From: an uncultured Chloroflexia bacterium
GTDB taxonomy: Bacteria; Chloroflexota; Limnocylindria; Limnocylindrales; CSP1-4
Direction of reading: 5' to 3'
DNA: 64,000 nt
Assembly: GCA_963721015.1 (NCBI GenBank)
Contig: CAVRHM010000006.1
Location: 141,399 to 205,398 of the forward strand
The notes under the pieces were generated by a model, which searched no databases, had not been told where the DNA came from, and was given only the letters and a program-made list of their open reading frames with translations. This document shows positions 48,484-60,741 of this stretch, in pieces (position 1 is the stretch's first letter; each line of letters begins with the position of its first letter). The position numbers were made by a program, and so were the translations under genes.

Positions 48484-50113
48484 GGCATGCCCTCCTCGGA
48501 CCGCGGCGTCACGAAGGCGACCTCGATGCCATTGATCTCGGCGCCATGGAGCTTGTTGGTGGCCACGACGTACGCGTCGAGCGAGGCCTCGATGATGTTC
48601 GTGGATAACCCGTGACCGGACACGACGAGGGCCCCCGGGCCCACGTCGGACGACCGCCGGCAGCGGACCAGCACCTGGCCCTGGGCATCCTCGCCCGCCG
48701 AGACCGCCTTGATCTCGTACTCGGTCAGGGTCGGATGCCAGCCGAGCGTCGGCTGGAGGCATTCGTCGACGGCGGCGAACAGGGCGTTGACCGGGCCGTT
48801 CCCGATCGCCTCCGCGGAGCGCTCCTCGCCGTCGACGGTGAGCGTCACCGTGCCGGTCGCGTTGCCGCCGTGGGACGAGGTCACATTCCAGCCGACGAGC
48901 GCGACACTGGCCGGGACCTCCGACGCGCGCTGCTCGACGAGCGCCAGCAGGTCGGCGTCGGTGACGTCCTTCTTGGCATCGGCCAGCTCGATCGCCTGGC
49001 GGTAGATCGCGTCGAGGGCGTCGCCCTCGAGGTCGTAGCCGAGCTCCCGCAGCTTGCCCTGCAGGCCACGGCGGCCGGACAGCTTGCCGATGGTCAGCTG
49101 GCTCCCCGCCAGCCCGACGGACTGGGGGGTCATGATCTCGTAGGTCAGCGGGTGCTTGATGACGCCGTCCTGGTGGATCCCGCTCTCATGGGCGAAGGCG
49201 TTGCCGCCGACGATCGCCTTGTTCGGCTGGATGGCGAAGCCGGTCAGGTACGACACGAGCCGCGAGGCCGGGGTGATCTGTTCGGTGGCCACCCCACCGG
49301 CCGCCGTCGGGAACTGCCCCGGGCGCGTTCGAAGGGCCATGACGACCTCCTCCAGGGAGGCGTTGCCGGCCCGCTCGCCGAGGCCGTTGATCGTGACCTC
49401 CACCTGACGAGCGCCGGCCTGGACCGCGGCCAGCGTGTTGGCCGTGGCCAGCCCAAGGTCGTTGTGGCAATGGACGCTGACCGTGGCCTGGTCGCCGACC
49501 AGGTCGACGACCCGCTTGGTCAGCAAGCCGAACTCGGACGGGATGGCATAGCCGACCGTGTCCGGGATGTTGACCGTCGACGCCCCGGCCTCGACGACCG
49601 CGGCGTAGATCTGCATGAGGAAGTCGAGGTCGGTCCGCGAGGCATCCTCGGCGGAGAACTCGATCTCGGCGTCGCGACCCAACTGCTCGCGGCCATGGCG
49701 GACCCAGCGGACCGCCTCGGCCAGCGCCGTCTCGCGATCGATGCGGAGCTTGTGCTTGAGGTGGATGTCGCTCGTGGCGATGAACACGTGGAGGTGCGGC
49801 CGGTGGGCGACCTTGATGGCCTCGATGGCCCGCTGCGGGTCGCCGTCGCGGCAGCGCGCGAGCGCGGCGACGGCGATGTCCTGGGGCGTCTCCTGGGCGA
49901 TCCGGCGGACCGCTTCGAAGTCACCGGGCGACGCGGCCGGGAAGCCGGCCTCGATGACGTCGACCTTGAGGCGGGCCAGCTGGCGGGCGACCTCGAGCTT
50001 CTCGGCGGCGGTCAGGCCGGCGCCGGGCGCCTGCTCGCCATCGCGCAGGGTCGTGTCGAAGATCCGGACGCTGCCGGCCGGGACGAACGGCCCGGACGGT
50101 ACTGGGGCGGCGC

Positions 50114-50117
<4 letters not shown>
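48480..50117 (-). CDS. leuA: 2-isopropylmalate synthase
   Basis: [35 protein letters not shown]-terminal regulatory domain. Confidence 0.96.
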
Positions 50118-51177
<1,060 letters not shown>

Positions 51178-51181
<4 letters not shown>

Positions 51182-51801
51182 CGCTTGATCGCCTCCTCGA
51201 TGGATCCGGATCCCCTCGCCATCACGACGGCGCCGGTGCGGACCAATTCCTTGATGCCATAGGTCCTGACCAGCGCCGCGAAGGCGTCGATCTCCTCTTC
51301 CGTGCCGGTCACCTCGACGATGACCGAGCCGTCGGCCAGGTCGACGACCCGCCCCCGCGACAGCTCGACGAGCCGCAGGATCTCGGCTCGGGTCGAGTCG
51401 GTGGCCCGGATCTTGACGAACGCCAGCTCGTGCTCGACGGTCGGCTCCGCGGTCACGTCCTGGACCTTGAGGACGTCGATGAGCCGGTAGAGCTGCTTGG
51501 CCGCCTGCTCGACCGCGACGTCATCGCCGTGCAGGGTGATGGTCATCCGGCTGGTGTCCTCGCGGTCGGTCTTGCTGACCGCCAGCGAGTCGATGTTGAA
51601 GTTGCGCGCCCGCATGAGGCTGGACACCCGGTTCAGGACGCCCGGCCGGTTGAGGACGATGGCCACCAGCACGTGCCGGCGCAGCTCGCCACCGCCCGGC
51701 AGCGCCCGGGGCGGCGGCGGCGTGGTCGCATGCGCCGGGGCGGGCGGGTGGGGCGAGGCGGTGTCGGGCACCTTCCCGTTCGAGGAGGGATCGGCGCTCA
51801 T
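51178..51801 (-). CDS. ilvN: acetolactate synthase small subunit
   Basis: [34 protein letters not shown]. Confidence 0.95.
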
Positions 51802-53662
51802 TCGTCCGCCCCGCCCCACTTCTCGATGAGATCGGACAGGCCTTTGCCGGCGGGCATCATCGGGAAGACGTTCTGTTCCTCGGCGATCTCGAACCAGATG
51901 AGGGCCGGGCCGGGGACCGCCTGGGCGGCGGTGATGGCGGCATCGACCTCATCCGGCGTCCGCGCCCGGAAGGCGGGGATGCCGAACGCGTCGGCGAGCT
52001 TGGCGAAGTCCGGGACCGGGCAGGGCGGCCGAGTGGTAGTTGCCGGCGTAGATGATCTCCTGCCACTGGCGGATCATCCCGAGCTTCTTGTTGTCGAGCA
52101 GGGCGATCTTGACCGGGATGTCATCGGCGACGAGGGTCATCAGCTCCTGGAAGGTCATCTGGAAGCCACCGTCCCCGGTGATCGCCCAGGTCTCCCGGTC
52201 CGGCCGGCCCAGGGCGGCGCCCATCGCCGCCGGGACGCGAGAAGCCCATCGTCCCGAGGCCGCCCGACGAGACGTGGGAGTTGGGCTCGCGGAAGCCGGT
52301 GTAGCGGGCCAGCCACATCTGGTTCTGGCCGACGTCGGCGACGTAGGTCGCCCGGTGATCGGTCAGCTCGCCGATGCGCTCGACGACGTAGTCGGCCGAG
52401 AGCAGGCCGTCGCGCCACGCCCCGGACCCGTGCCACGACGAGGCCTCCGAGTCGCGCCGCCAGTCGGCCAGCTGGTCCAGGTACGCCCGGCGGTCGTCCA
52501 GCGGCGTCTCGGGGACCATCTTGGTCAGGGCCTTGAGGACCCGCCCGGCGTCGCCGACGATGGGCACCTCGACCGCGACGTTCTTGCCGATCTCGGCCGG
52601 GTCGATGTCGACGTGGATGATCCGCGCATACGGGGCATAGGTCCGGACATTGCCGGTCACCCGGTCGTCGAAGCGCATCCCGATGGCGATGAGCAGGTCC
52701 GCGCTCTGGATGGCGCGATTGACATGCTTCCAGCCGTGCATCCCCATGTAGCCGTAGGCGAGCGGGTGGGTCTCGTCCATGACCCCGATGCCCAGCAGCG
52801 TCCAGGCGACCGGGATGGATGTCCGCTCGGCGAAGACCCGCAGGTCGTCCCAGGCCTCGGCGTGGAGGACGCCGTGGCCGGCCAGGATGACCGGGCGCTG
52901 GGCGTTGGCGATCTCCGACGCGGCCAGCTTGAGCTGACGGCCGTGCCCGTCGAGGTTCGGCCGGAAGCCGGGCAGGCCGGCGATGACCTCCGCCTCGGTC
53001 GGATGCTCGGCGCGCGTCTCCTGCTGGAGCGCGTCCTTGGTGATGTCCACGTGGACCGGTCCGGGCCGGCCGGTGCGAGCGATGTGGAAGGCCTCGGCGA
53101 TGACGCGCGGGAGGTCGTCGGCATCGCGGACCAGGTAGTTGTGCTTGGTCATCGGCAGGGTGATGCCGTTGATGTCGATCTCCTGGAACGCGTCCTTGCC
53201 GATGAGCGCGCCGGGCACGTTGCCGGTGATGGCGACCATCGGCACCGAGTCGAGGAGGGCCGTCCCGATCCCGGTGACGAGGTTGGTGGCGCCCGGCCCG
53301 GACGTGCCCATGGCCACGCCGACCTTGCCGGTGACCCGGGCATAGCCATCGGCGGCATGCGCGCCGCCCTGCTCGTGACGGACGAGGATGTGGCGGAGCT
53401 CGGGGTAGTCACCGAGGACGTCGTAGAGCGGCAGGATGACCCCGCCCGGGTAGCTGAAGAAGACGTCGACACCCTGGCGGAGCAGCGCTTCGCACAGGAC
53501 ATCCGCCCCGATCCGGGTGCGCTTCAGGTCGCGGGCCTCGTGGAGCATGCCCTTCTGGGCCTTTTCGATGGCCGCGGCATGAGCGCTCCCGGCGCTGGGC
53601 ACGTGGCTGCGCCGGGTGCCGCCGGGACTCGGTGGTCGACTGTCGTCCGTCTTCGTCGTCAT
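51798..53662 (-). CDS. ilvB: acetolactate synthase large subunit, two apparent indels (about 52235 and 52015)
   Basis: YPGG, RHEQG, TSGPGATN, GMHG, DVGQNQMW, SGGLGTMGF; then GDGGFQM..NKKLGMIRQWQ and NVFPM in shifted frames; ATGA overlap with ilvN. Confidence 0.93.
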
Positions 53663-53699
53663 CCTGGGCCCTCTGCTGGTGCCGGCGTCCGTGCCGGAC

Positions 53700-53801
53700 A
53701 AACGAAAGACCCTCGCCTCCCGGCGAGGGTCCCGTTGGTCTGCGTGAGTGGTGGCGCCTTAGCGCTCGTCCCTCTGCGTTCCTCGGTCCTCTCGCCGGGA
53801 G
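53700..53801 (-). promoter_or_regulatory. transcription attenuator (terminator/antiterminator) of the ilv-leu operon
   Basis: terminator GACCCTCGCC-GGGA-GGCGAGGGTC-TTTCGTTT (53700-53731); upstream CTCCCGGCGAG (53791-53801) is an 11-nt perfect complement of its 5' arm and loop. Confidence 0.85.
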
Positions 53802-53962
53802 CCGGTAATAAGCCCAAGAAGGCCATCAAGGCTCAGAAGCGATCGAAGGAGCGCGAGGACGGATACATCAGCGAGTGGGTCGTTCCCGACCGGCAGGTGC
53901 ACGCGGCGGCCATCCGTCGTGATGACGACGGCGACCCGACGACGATCCTGTCGATCGACCAT
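53759..53962 (-). CDS. Leu/Val/Ile-rich attenuator leader peptide (67 aa)
   Basis: GGAGG upstream; VSVLALLRSLLSLDGLLGLIT encoded with six CTT, one ATT and one GTA, immediately 5' of the antiterminator. Confidence 0.75.
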   Translation of the reverse strand: MVDRQDRRRVAVVITTDGRRVHLPVGNDPLADVSVLALLRSLLSLDGLLGLITGSRREDRGTQRDER

Positions 53963-54069
53963 GCTCGCTTCGGCCTCCGTGGCGCGTGGGCCGTACGGCG
54001 GGACCGCACGGTGCGCGCAGTCTAGCAGGGTTCGTGCGGCCGTCAACGTGGCGGCCATGGCCCCTTCGT

Positions 54070-55737
54070 TCATGCCGGCATGGCCCGGAGGCGGTCGACC
54101 AGCCAGTCGCCGGACGTCGTCGCCAGGCGGGCCAGATCGACCGGTTCGGTCGTCGGCGTCTCCGATGGACGGCCGAGCAGGTAGCCCTGGCCGGCGCGGA
54201 TCCCGAGCGACCGGACGAACTCGAGCTGCTCCGGCGTCTCGACGCCCTCGGCGATGACCAGGGCGCCCCACCGGTCGGCCAGGTCCTTGAGCGTCCGGAC
54301 GACCTCCTGCGAGGTGGCCCGCACGGCGCCGCCCTGGACGAGCGACAGGTCGATCTTGACGATGTCGAAGCGCATCTGCGACAGCAGGCGGAGGCCGGCG
54401 TTGCCCGCCCCGACATCGTCCGCGGCCAGGCGCATCCCGGCGGCCCGGCAGGCCTCGACCGCCCGGACCAGGTGGTCCATGTCGTCGACCGTCTCGCGCT
54501 CCGTCAGCTCGAGCACGACCCGGGTCGGGTCGATGGCGTGGCGGCCGAGCATCTGGAGCAGCGCCTTGACGCTGAAATCGTCCGACTCGAGCGTGCGCGG
54601 GGAGATGTTGAGGGTCAGGCTGCCCGGCAGCCGGAGCGCCGCGAAGCTGGAGATCGCGGCGGACATGCAGGCGAGGTCCAGCTCGACGGTCCGGCCCACG
54701 CTCTCGGCCGCGGCGAACAACTCGCCCGGGTCGGCGAACCCGGACCCCGGCTGCGGACGGATAAGGCCCTCGTAGCCGCGCGGCTGGCCGTTCTGCAGAT
54801 CGAAGATCGGCTGGAAGACGGCCCGCAACGCCCCGGCCGCGGCGACCCGCTGGACCTCGGCCGCGACCTCGGCGATGGGCCGTTCCGTGGCGCTCGAGTG
54901 GCGCTCCGGGTCATAGGTCGTGATGCAGGTCCGGCCGTGGCGCTTGCCGAAGATGAGCGCGGCATCCGCCTCGCGGAACATCGCGGCGCGGTCCGTGGCC
55001 GCCCCGGGCAGGGCCGAGATGCCGGCCGTGAACGACCACGGCGTCCCGGGACCGGTCTGGGTCTCGCGAGCCAGGCCGGCTCGGCCTTCGAGGGCCGTCG
55101 CCAGGACGCGTCGCAGGGACAGGTAGCTCGACTCGCCGTCGGACCCGGGCATGAGCACGGCGAACTCGTCGCCACCGATCCGGAAGATCCGGTCCGAACG
55201 GCGCAGGCCGGCGGTCAACGTCGCCGCCACGCCGACCAGGACGCGGTCGCCACCGACATGGCCCTCGACCTCGTTGATCCGCCGGAAATCGTCGAGGTCG
55301 ACGATGGCCAGGGCCAGGCGTTGCTGGTAGCGCTTGGCGTAGATCCACTGGCGCTCGAACTCTTCCTGGAAGGCCCGGTGATTGCCCAGGCCGGTCAACG
55401 AGTCGCGCAGGGACTCGGCGCGGGCGCGGGCGTACGCGTCCTCGAGGATGACCCGCGCCTTGTCCAGTCGCTCCGCCGGCTCCAGGACCCGCCGGGCGAG
55501 CCACACGGTCAGGATGCCCAGGACGATGGCCAGGGCGACGATGGCGATGGCCGGCATCAGCACGCTCTCGCCGGATCGCGAGGCGAGGCTGTAGATGACC
55601 GGCGCCGCGATGGCGATCGGGATCGCGAACATCGTGATGAGGGCCAGGAACAGACGCAGCCGCACGATGCGAAGGTCCGTCGAGCCATCGAAGATGGCGT
55701 CGGTGTCCTCTCGCTCGTCGAACGCGGGCGTGCGCAA
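54070..55737 (-). CDS. membrane-bound GGDEF-EAL protein (c-di-GMP cyclase/phosphodiesterase)
   Basis: two TM; DSLTGLGN, DLDDF..IN...GH..GD, RxxD I-site, GGDEF; EGL, NIS, ELTE, DDVG, KID, EGVE, QGY. Confidence 0.93.
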   Translation of the reverse strand: MRTPAFDEREDTDAIFDGSTDLRIVRLRLFLALITMFAIPIAIAAPVIYSLASRSGESVLMPAIAIVALAIVLGILTVWLARRVLEPAERLDKARVILEDAYARARAESLRDSLTGLGNHRAFQEEFERQWIYAKRYQQRLALAIVDLDDFRRINEVEGHVGGDRVLVGVAATLTAGLRRSDRIFRIGGDEFAVLMPGSDGESSYLSLRRVLATALEGRAGLARETQTGPGTPWSFTAGISALPGAATDRAAMFREADAALIFGKRHGRTCITTYDPERHSSATERPIAEVAAEVQRVAAAGALRAVFQPIFDLQNGQPRGYEGLIRPQPGSGFADPGELFAAAESVGRTVELDLACMSAAISSFAALRLPGSLTLNISPRTLESDDFSVKALLQMLGRHAIDPTRVVLELTERETVDDMDHLVRAVEACRAAGMRLAADDVGAGNAGLRLLSQMRFDIVKIDLSLVQGGAVRATSQEVVRTLKDLADRWGALVIAEGVETPEQLEFVRSLGIRAGQGYLLGRPSETPTTEPVDLARLATTSGDWLVDRLRAMPA

Positions 55738-55898
55738 TTCCGTGATGGGGGTCCCTCCGGCGGTGTGGTGCGTGATCCGGACCGTCCTTATACCGGCCGG
55801 ACGGCCCCGCTCGAACGGACACCGTCGTACCGGGCGGCCTAGGACCTCCGGCGCTTCGGGGCACCAGCCGGACCTCTGCTACGCTCTGGCGACCGCCC

Positions 55899-57368
55899 AT
55901 GACCACGGAGAACCGCCGCCCCATGACCGCCTCCAGCCCGCGCACCATCGTCGAGAAGATCTGGGGCGACCATGTCGTCTCCCAGGACCCCGGGGCGCCG
56001 GCCGTCCTCGCCGTGGACCTCCACCTCGTGCACGAAGTGACCTCCCCGCAGGCCTTCACCGGGCTCCGCGAACGTGGCCTGCGTGTCCGCCGACCGGCCC
56101 AGACCGTGGCCACCGCCGATCATTCCATCCCGACGACGCCCCGCAGCCTGCCCATGCTCGATACCCAGGCCGCGGCCCAGATCAGCCAGCTGGAGCGGAA
56201 CTGCGAGGAGTTCGGGATCCCGCTCCATGGCATCGGGTCGCCCAGCCAGGGGATCGTCCATGTCATCGGCCCGCAGCTGGGCCTGACCCAGCCGGGCATG
56301 ACCATCGTGTGCGGCGACTCGCACACGTCCACGCACGGCGCGTTCGGGGCCCTCGCCTTCGGGATCGGGACGAGCGAAGTCGAGATGGTCCTCGCCACCC
56401 AGACGCTCCTCCAGCGTGACCCGCGCACCTACGAGGTCCGCGTGGACGGCCGGCTGGCCCCGGGCGTCAGCAGCAAGGACATCATCCTGGCGCTCATCGC
56501 CCGGATCGGCGTGGGCGGCGGCACCGGCCACGTCTTCGAGTACCGCGGCGAGGCCATCCGGGCCCTGACCATGGAACAGCGGATGACCATCTGCAACATG
56601 AGCATCGAGGGTGGCGCCCGAGCCGGCCTGATCGCCCCGGACGACACGACCTTCGAGTACGTCCACGGCCGACCCCACGCCCCCCAGGGCGCCGCCTGGG
56701 ACGCCGCGGTCGAGCGCTGGCGGCAGCTGCCGTCCGATGACGGCGCGACCTTCGACACGTCGATCACGATCGACGCCGACGCCCTCGAGCCGATGGTCAC
56801 CTATGGGACGAACCCGGGCATGGGCATCCCGATCACCGGCCGCGTGCCGTCGCCGGCGGACGAAGCCGACCCGTCCGCGCGCCGCGCGCTGGAGCGGGCG
56901 CTCGAGTACATGGATCTGCGCCCCGGCCAGCCGATCCTCGGCCAGAAGGTCGACGTCGTCTTCGTCGGCTCGTGCACGAACGGACGGATCAGTGACCTGC
57001 GCCTGGCCGCCGAGGTCCTCAGGGACCGCAAGGTCGCGGACGGCGTCGCGCTCATGGTCACGCCCGGCAGCGACGAGGTGAAGCGCGAGGCCGAGCGCGA
57101 GGGCCTGGCCGACATCTTCAAGGCGGCCGGCGCCGACTGGCGGGAGTCGGGCTGCTCGATGTGCATCGCGATGAACGGCGATCAGTTGTCACCCGGCCAG
57201 TACGCCGTCAGCACGAGCAACCGCAACTTCGAAGGGCGCCAGGGCAAGGGCGGCCGGACCTTCCTCGCCTCACCGCTGACCGCCGCGGCCACGGCGATCA
57301 GCGGTGTCGTCACCGACCCGCGGACGCTGCCGGGCATCGAGACATTGGCCGCGGTCGGGGGACGCTGA
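55899..57368 (+). CDS. leuC: 3-isopropylmalate dehydratase large subunit (alternative start 55923)
   Basis: [39 protein letters not shown]. Confidence 0.97.
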   Translation: MTTENRRPMTASSPRTIVEKIWGDHVVSQDPGAPAVLAVDLHLVHEVTSPQAFTGLRERGLRVRRPAQTVATADHSIPTTPRSLPMLDTQAAAQISQLERNCEEFGIPLHGIGSPSQGIVHVIGPQLGLTQPGMTIVCGDSHTSTHGAFGALAFGIGTSEVEMVLATQTLLQRDPRTYEVRVDGRLAPGVSSKDIILALIARIGVGGGTGHVFEYRGEAIRALTMEQRMTICNMSIEGGARAGLIAPDDTTFEYVHGRPHAPQGAAWDAAVERWRQLPSDDGATFDTSITIDADALEPMVTYGTNPGMGIPITGRVPSPADEADPSARRALERALEYMDLRPGQPILGQKVDVVFVGSCTNGRISDLRLAAEVLRDRKVADGVALMVTPGSDEVKREAEREGLADIFKAAGADWRESGCSMCIAMNGDQLSPGQYAVSTSNRNFEGRQGKGGRTFLASPLTAAATAISGVVTDPRTLPGIETLAAVGGR

Positions 57369-57370
57369 GC

Positions 57371-57994
57371 ATGGCCGAGCCGATCCGTCTGTTCCGGAGC
57401 AAGGTCGTGCCGCTCGACGCCGAGAACGTCGACACGGACCAGATCGTCCCGGCGCGCTACCTCAAGGTGACCGACAAGGCCGGCCTGGCCGATGCCCTCT
57501 TCCGCGATTGGCGGTTCAACGAGGACGGGACGCTCAAGGATCCGCCGTTCATCCTGGACCAGCCGGGCATGGCCGGGCGGGCGATCCTGCTGGTCGGCGA
57601 CAACTTCGGGGCCGGATCATCCCGCGAACACGCCCCATGGGCGCTCACGGCGTGGGGCGTCAAGGCCATCCTGTCGACCGGCTACGCCGACATCTTCAAG
57701 AGCAACAGCCTGAAGAACGGGCTCCTGCCGATCGTCCTCCCGCCGGACGTCCACCGGCGCCTGCAACAGCTCATCGAGGGCGATCCGGACGCCGAGCTGA
57801 CGGTCGACCTGTCCGAGGAGGGCATCCTCCTGCCGGACGGCACGACGGTCGACTTCACGATCGACCCGTTCGCCAAGCGGATGCTCCTGGCCGGGACGGA
57901 CGAGCTTGGCTACCTGCTCTCCAAGTCGGATGAGCTGGCGGCCTGGGAGGCCGCCCATCCGCCACGTGTCGACACCCTCGCTCCGGCTGGCTGA
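57371..57994 (+). CDS. leuD: 3-isopropylmalate dehydratase small subunit
   Basis: NVDTDQI.PARYL, NFGAGSSREHAPWAL, FKSNSLKNGLLP. Confidence 0.96.
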   Translation: MAEPIRLFRSKVVPLDAENVDTDQIVPARYLKVTDKAGLADALFRDWRFNEDGTLKDPPFILDQPGMAGRAILLVGDNFGAGSSREHAPWALTAWGVKAILSTGYADIFKSNSLKNGLLPIVLPPDVHRRLQQLIEGDPDAELTVDLSEEGILLPDGTTVDFTIDPFAKRMLLAGTDELGYLLSKSDELAAWEAAHPPRVDTLAPAG

Positions 57995-58377
57995 AGGCCG
58001 CGCCGGAACGATTTCATCGGAGGGACCGCTCTGGGCGGCGCGCGGATCAGCGGGCGCGAACGCGCACGCCGGCCTTCATGCAGGACGGACAACCGAAGTG
58101 CGGCGTGGCACCGTGGCGTCGATGGGCAGCGAGGACGGACGGCGCATCGTGGCGGGTCCGGATGAACGAGTTGCGAGACATCGGTCAGGTGGCTCCAGTG
58201 CTGGGTGACGGGTCGGCGGATCACGGGTGTGATGGCCTCAGCCTGCGGCCAGCCAGCGGGACGGCCCATCGGCAGACGCCCGCGACCGTCATGCGACGGA
58301 TGACGACGCGGGCGTCGACGGACGACGGCCCCGGGTCGGCCGTGGAACCCGCCGCCCCGCCCGACCGTCTCCGCGCC

Positions 58378-58884
58378 ATGCCCCGACTGCGAACAGGCCC
58401 TCGCTTCGGCGCCGGCCTCCTGCTCATCGCCCTCCTCGTCGCCGCGTGTGGGAGCGCATCGACGAGTCCATCCACCGGACCCAGCGCGGCCCCACCCGAC
58501 ACGCCGGTCTCGGCGCCGCCCGGCGGCGGCGGCGTGGACCCCGGGGTCGGCGATCTCGTCGTTCCCAAGCCCGGACAGCTCGACATCCATCCCGTCCCAG
58601 CCGAAGCCTTCACGGCCACCGTCGACGGATCGACCATCCACGTCGTCGCGTCCTGGACGAGCGGCGTCGAGCCGTGCTACGTGCTCGACTCGATCGTGGT
58701 CGACCGCGGCGAGGGCGTCTTCACGATCACCCTCCAGGAGGGCCACGGTCCGGGCGACATGGCCTGCATCGAGATCGCCAAGCAGCACCAGACCACCTTC
58801 GACATCCCGGACGTGGCGCCCGGGACCTGGACGATCCGCGATGGGGCCGCGGGCGCCCCCGACATCGAGGTCACGGTCGGCTGA
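58378..58884 (+). CDS. hypothetical lipoprotein
   Basis: lipobox LVAAC, Ser/Pro linker, WTSGVEPCY and ACIEIA Cys pair. Confidence 0.75.
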   Translation: MPRLRTGPRFGAGLLLIALLVAACGSASTSPSTGPSAAPPDTPVSAPPGGGGVDPGVGDLVVPKPGQLDIHPVPAEAFTATVDGSTIHVVASWTSGVEPCYVLDSIVVDRGEGVFTITLQEGHGPGDMACIEIAKQHQTTFDIPDVAPGTWTIRDGAAGAPDIEVTVG

Positions 58885-58981
58885 TCGTCCGGCGGACGAC
58901 CGGTCCGGGGCGGGCCTGATCGGCCGTGAGCCGGACCCACCCCTCGGCGCCCGTTCCGGTCACCTGTGCGACGATCGGCCG

Positions 58982-60166
58982 GTGAACCCGGTCGACGTGA
59001 TCGCCGTCCTGCTCGTCGTGCTCGCCGTCGTCCTCGGGTTCCGGTCCGGAGCGCTGCCCCAGGTGGGCGGCTTGCTGGGCGCCATCGCCGGTGGCGCGCT
59101 GGCCATCCTGGCGCTGCCCGCCCTCGATGATCAGATCGGCGCCCTGGACCCGACCTTCCGTCCGATCGTCGTGCTCATCGGCCTGCTGGCCGCGGTCGGC
59201 ATCGGCGAGTCGCTCGGCTCGACCGTCGGGCGGGCCGTCGCGGGCTGGCTCGGGACCGGCGTCCTGGGGGCCGCCGACCGGGTCGCCGGTGGCTTCGTCG
59301 GGGCGGCCCAGGCGCTGCTCATCGTGTGGCTCGCCGGCGGCCTGCTGGCCATCGGGCCGGTGCCGCGCCTGACCGAGGCGGCCCAGACGTCGACCGCGGT
59401 CCGCGGCCTGAATGCCGTCCTGCCGCCCCCGACCGAGATCGCCGCCGGGCTCGGCGGGATGCTCGACGCGTCCGGCCTGCCCGAGGTGTTCATCGGCTTC
59501 GAGCCGCTCCCCCGCCCGCCGGTCGACCTGCCGACGGACGAGCGGGCCCGGGCCATCGCCGCGATCGCTCGCGACAGCACGTACCGGATCGTGGCCGAGA
59601 CGTGCGGCTACGCCTCGTCAGGCAGCGGCGTCGTCGTCGATGAGCAGTACATCGTGACCAACGCCCACGTCGTCGCTGGCGCGGACGATGGTGGCGTCCT
59701 GGTCGTCAGCCCGGACGGCGACCGCCTCGACGCCCGGGTCGTCCTGTTCGACCCGGACCTGGACGTCGCCGTGCTGCGGGTCCCGCAGCTGGACGCCCCG
59801 GCGCTCCGGTTCGCCACGAGCGAACCGGCGCGCGGCACGGAGGGGGCGGCGCTCGGCTATCCCGGTGGTGGAGGGCTGGCCGTCGTGCCGGCCGCCGTCA
59901 CCGGCGCATACCCGGCCACGGGACGGGACATCTACGGCGAGATCCAGGTGCGACGTGACGTGCTGGAGCTGCAGGCCAAGATCGATCGCGGCGACAGCGG
60001 TGGGCCGTTCGTCCTGGCCGACGGCCGGATCGGCGGGCTCGTGTTCGCCGAGGCCCGAACGGACGACGAGGTCGGGTACGCGCTGGCGCCGTCGCCGGTC
60101 GCGGTGCGGGTCGCGCCGGCCCTGGGCCGGACGTCGGCGGTCGACACCGGGGCGTGCCTCCGCTGA
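58982..60166 (+). CDS. MarP-family membrane serine protease (CvpA-like TM domain plus trypsin domain)
   Basis: four TM; CG..SSGSG, TNAHVV, DLDVAVL, GDSGGP, terminal TGAC. Confidence 0.9.
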   Translation: MNPVDVIAVLLVVLAVVLGFRSGALPQVGGLLGAIAGGALAILALPALDDQIGALDPTFRPIVVLIGLLAAVGIGESLGSTVGRAVAGWLGTGVLGAADRVAGGFVGAAQALLIVWLAGGLLAIGPVPRLTEAAQTSTAVRGLNAVLPPPTEIAAGLGGMLDASGLPEVFIGFEPLPRPPVDLPTDERARAIAAIARDSTYRIVAETCGYASSGSGVVVDEQYIVTNAHVVAGADDGGVLVVSPDGDRLDARVVLFDPDLDVAVLRVPQLDAPALRFATSEPARGTEGAALGYPGGGGLAVVPAAVTGAYPATGRDIYGEIQVRRDVLELQAKIDRGDSGGPFVLADGRIGGLVFAEARTDDEVGYALAPSPVAVRVAPALGRTSAVDTGACLR

Positions 60167-60176
60167 CGAGCGGACC

Positions 60177-60593
60177 TCAGTGCGGCTGGTCCGGCTCCAG
60201 GACGAGGACGCGCTGGGCGACCGCGTGCAGGACGGCGTTCTGGATGGTCGGGAACTGGGCGAGCAGGCTGTTGAACTCGCGCCCACCCAGGACCAGGAAG
60301 CGGCAATCGGTCACGCACGTGGCCGTGGCCGTGCGGGCGACGTTGGCCAGCATCGCCAGCTCGCCGAAGAACTCGCCGTCGCCCAGATCCCGAAGGTGCT
60401 CGCCGTCACGCTCGATCCGGACGGTCCCGGACAGGATCACGAAGAACTCGCTGCCGTAGCTGCCCTGCTTGGCCACGACCCGGCCGGCCGGCAGGTCCAC
60501 CTCGTCGCAGATCCGGCCGACCTTCTCCAGATCCTTGCGGTCGAGGCCGGCGAGGAGCGGGACCTTGGCCAGCAACTCGAGCTTCTCGTCCAT
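60177..60593 (-). CDS. stand-alone cyclic-nucleotide-binding domain protein
   Basis: [21 protein letters not shown]...RTATA; no HTH. Confidence 0.9.
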   Translation of the reverse strand: MDEKLELLAKVPLLAGLDRKDLEKVGRICDEVDLPAGRVVAKQGSYGSEFFVILSGTVRIERDGEHLRDLGDGEFFGELAMLANVARTATATCVTDCRFLVLGGREFNSLLAQFPTIQNAVLHAVAQRVLVLEPDQPH

Positions 60594-60741
60594 CGCTCGC
60601 ATCACCCTCCTGGCGATCACCCGACGCGGGGTCGCGTCGGGGCAGCATATCCGCTGCGACCGGGGCCGGGAAGCGCTGGCGGGCGGCGCGGCCCGACACG
60701 GCCGGCGTCCGGGGCTGACGCCGGCCGGATATCCTCGGCGG

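Noticed and set aside
51798-53662. ilvB and other split genes as pseudogenes or programmed frameshifts
   Set aside because: Motifs are intact on both sides, no slippery heptamer pattern was noticed, and similar indels occur throughout the window; sequencing error is simpler.
53700-54069. T-box riboswitch upstream of ilvB
   Set aside because: No T-box consensus (GGTGG.ACCGCG) or specifier stem was found; a leader peptide plus antiterminator explains the region.
54070-55737. GGDEF-EAL as the Hypr-type cGAMP synthase for the A20 riboswitch
   Set aside because: The specificity position is Asp (GHVGGD), as in canonical diguanylate cyclases, not Ser/Thr.
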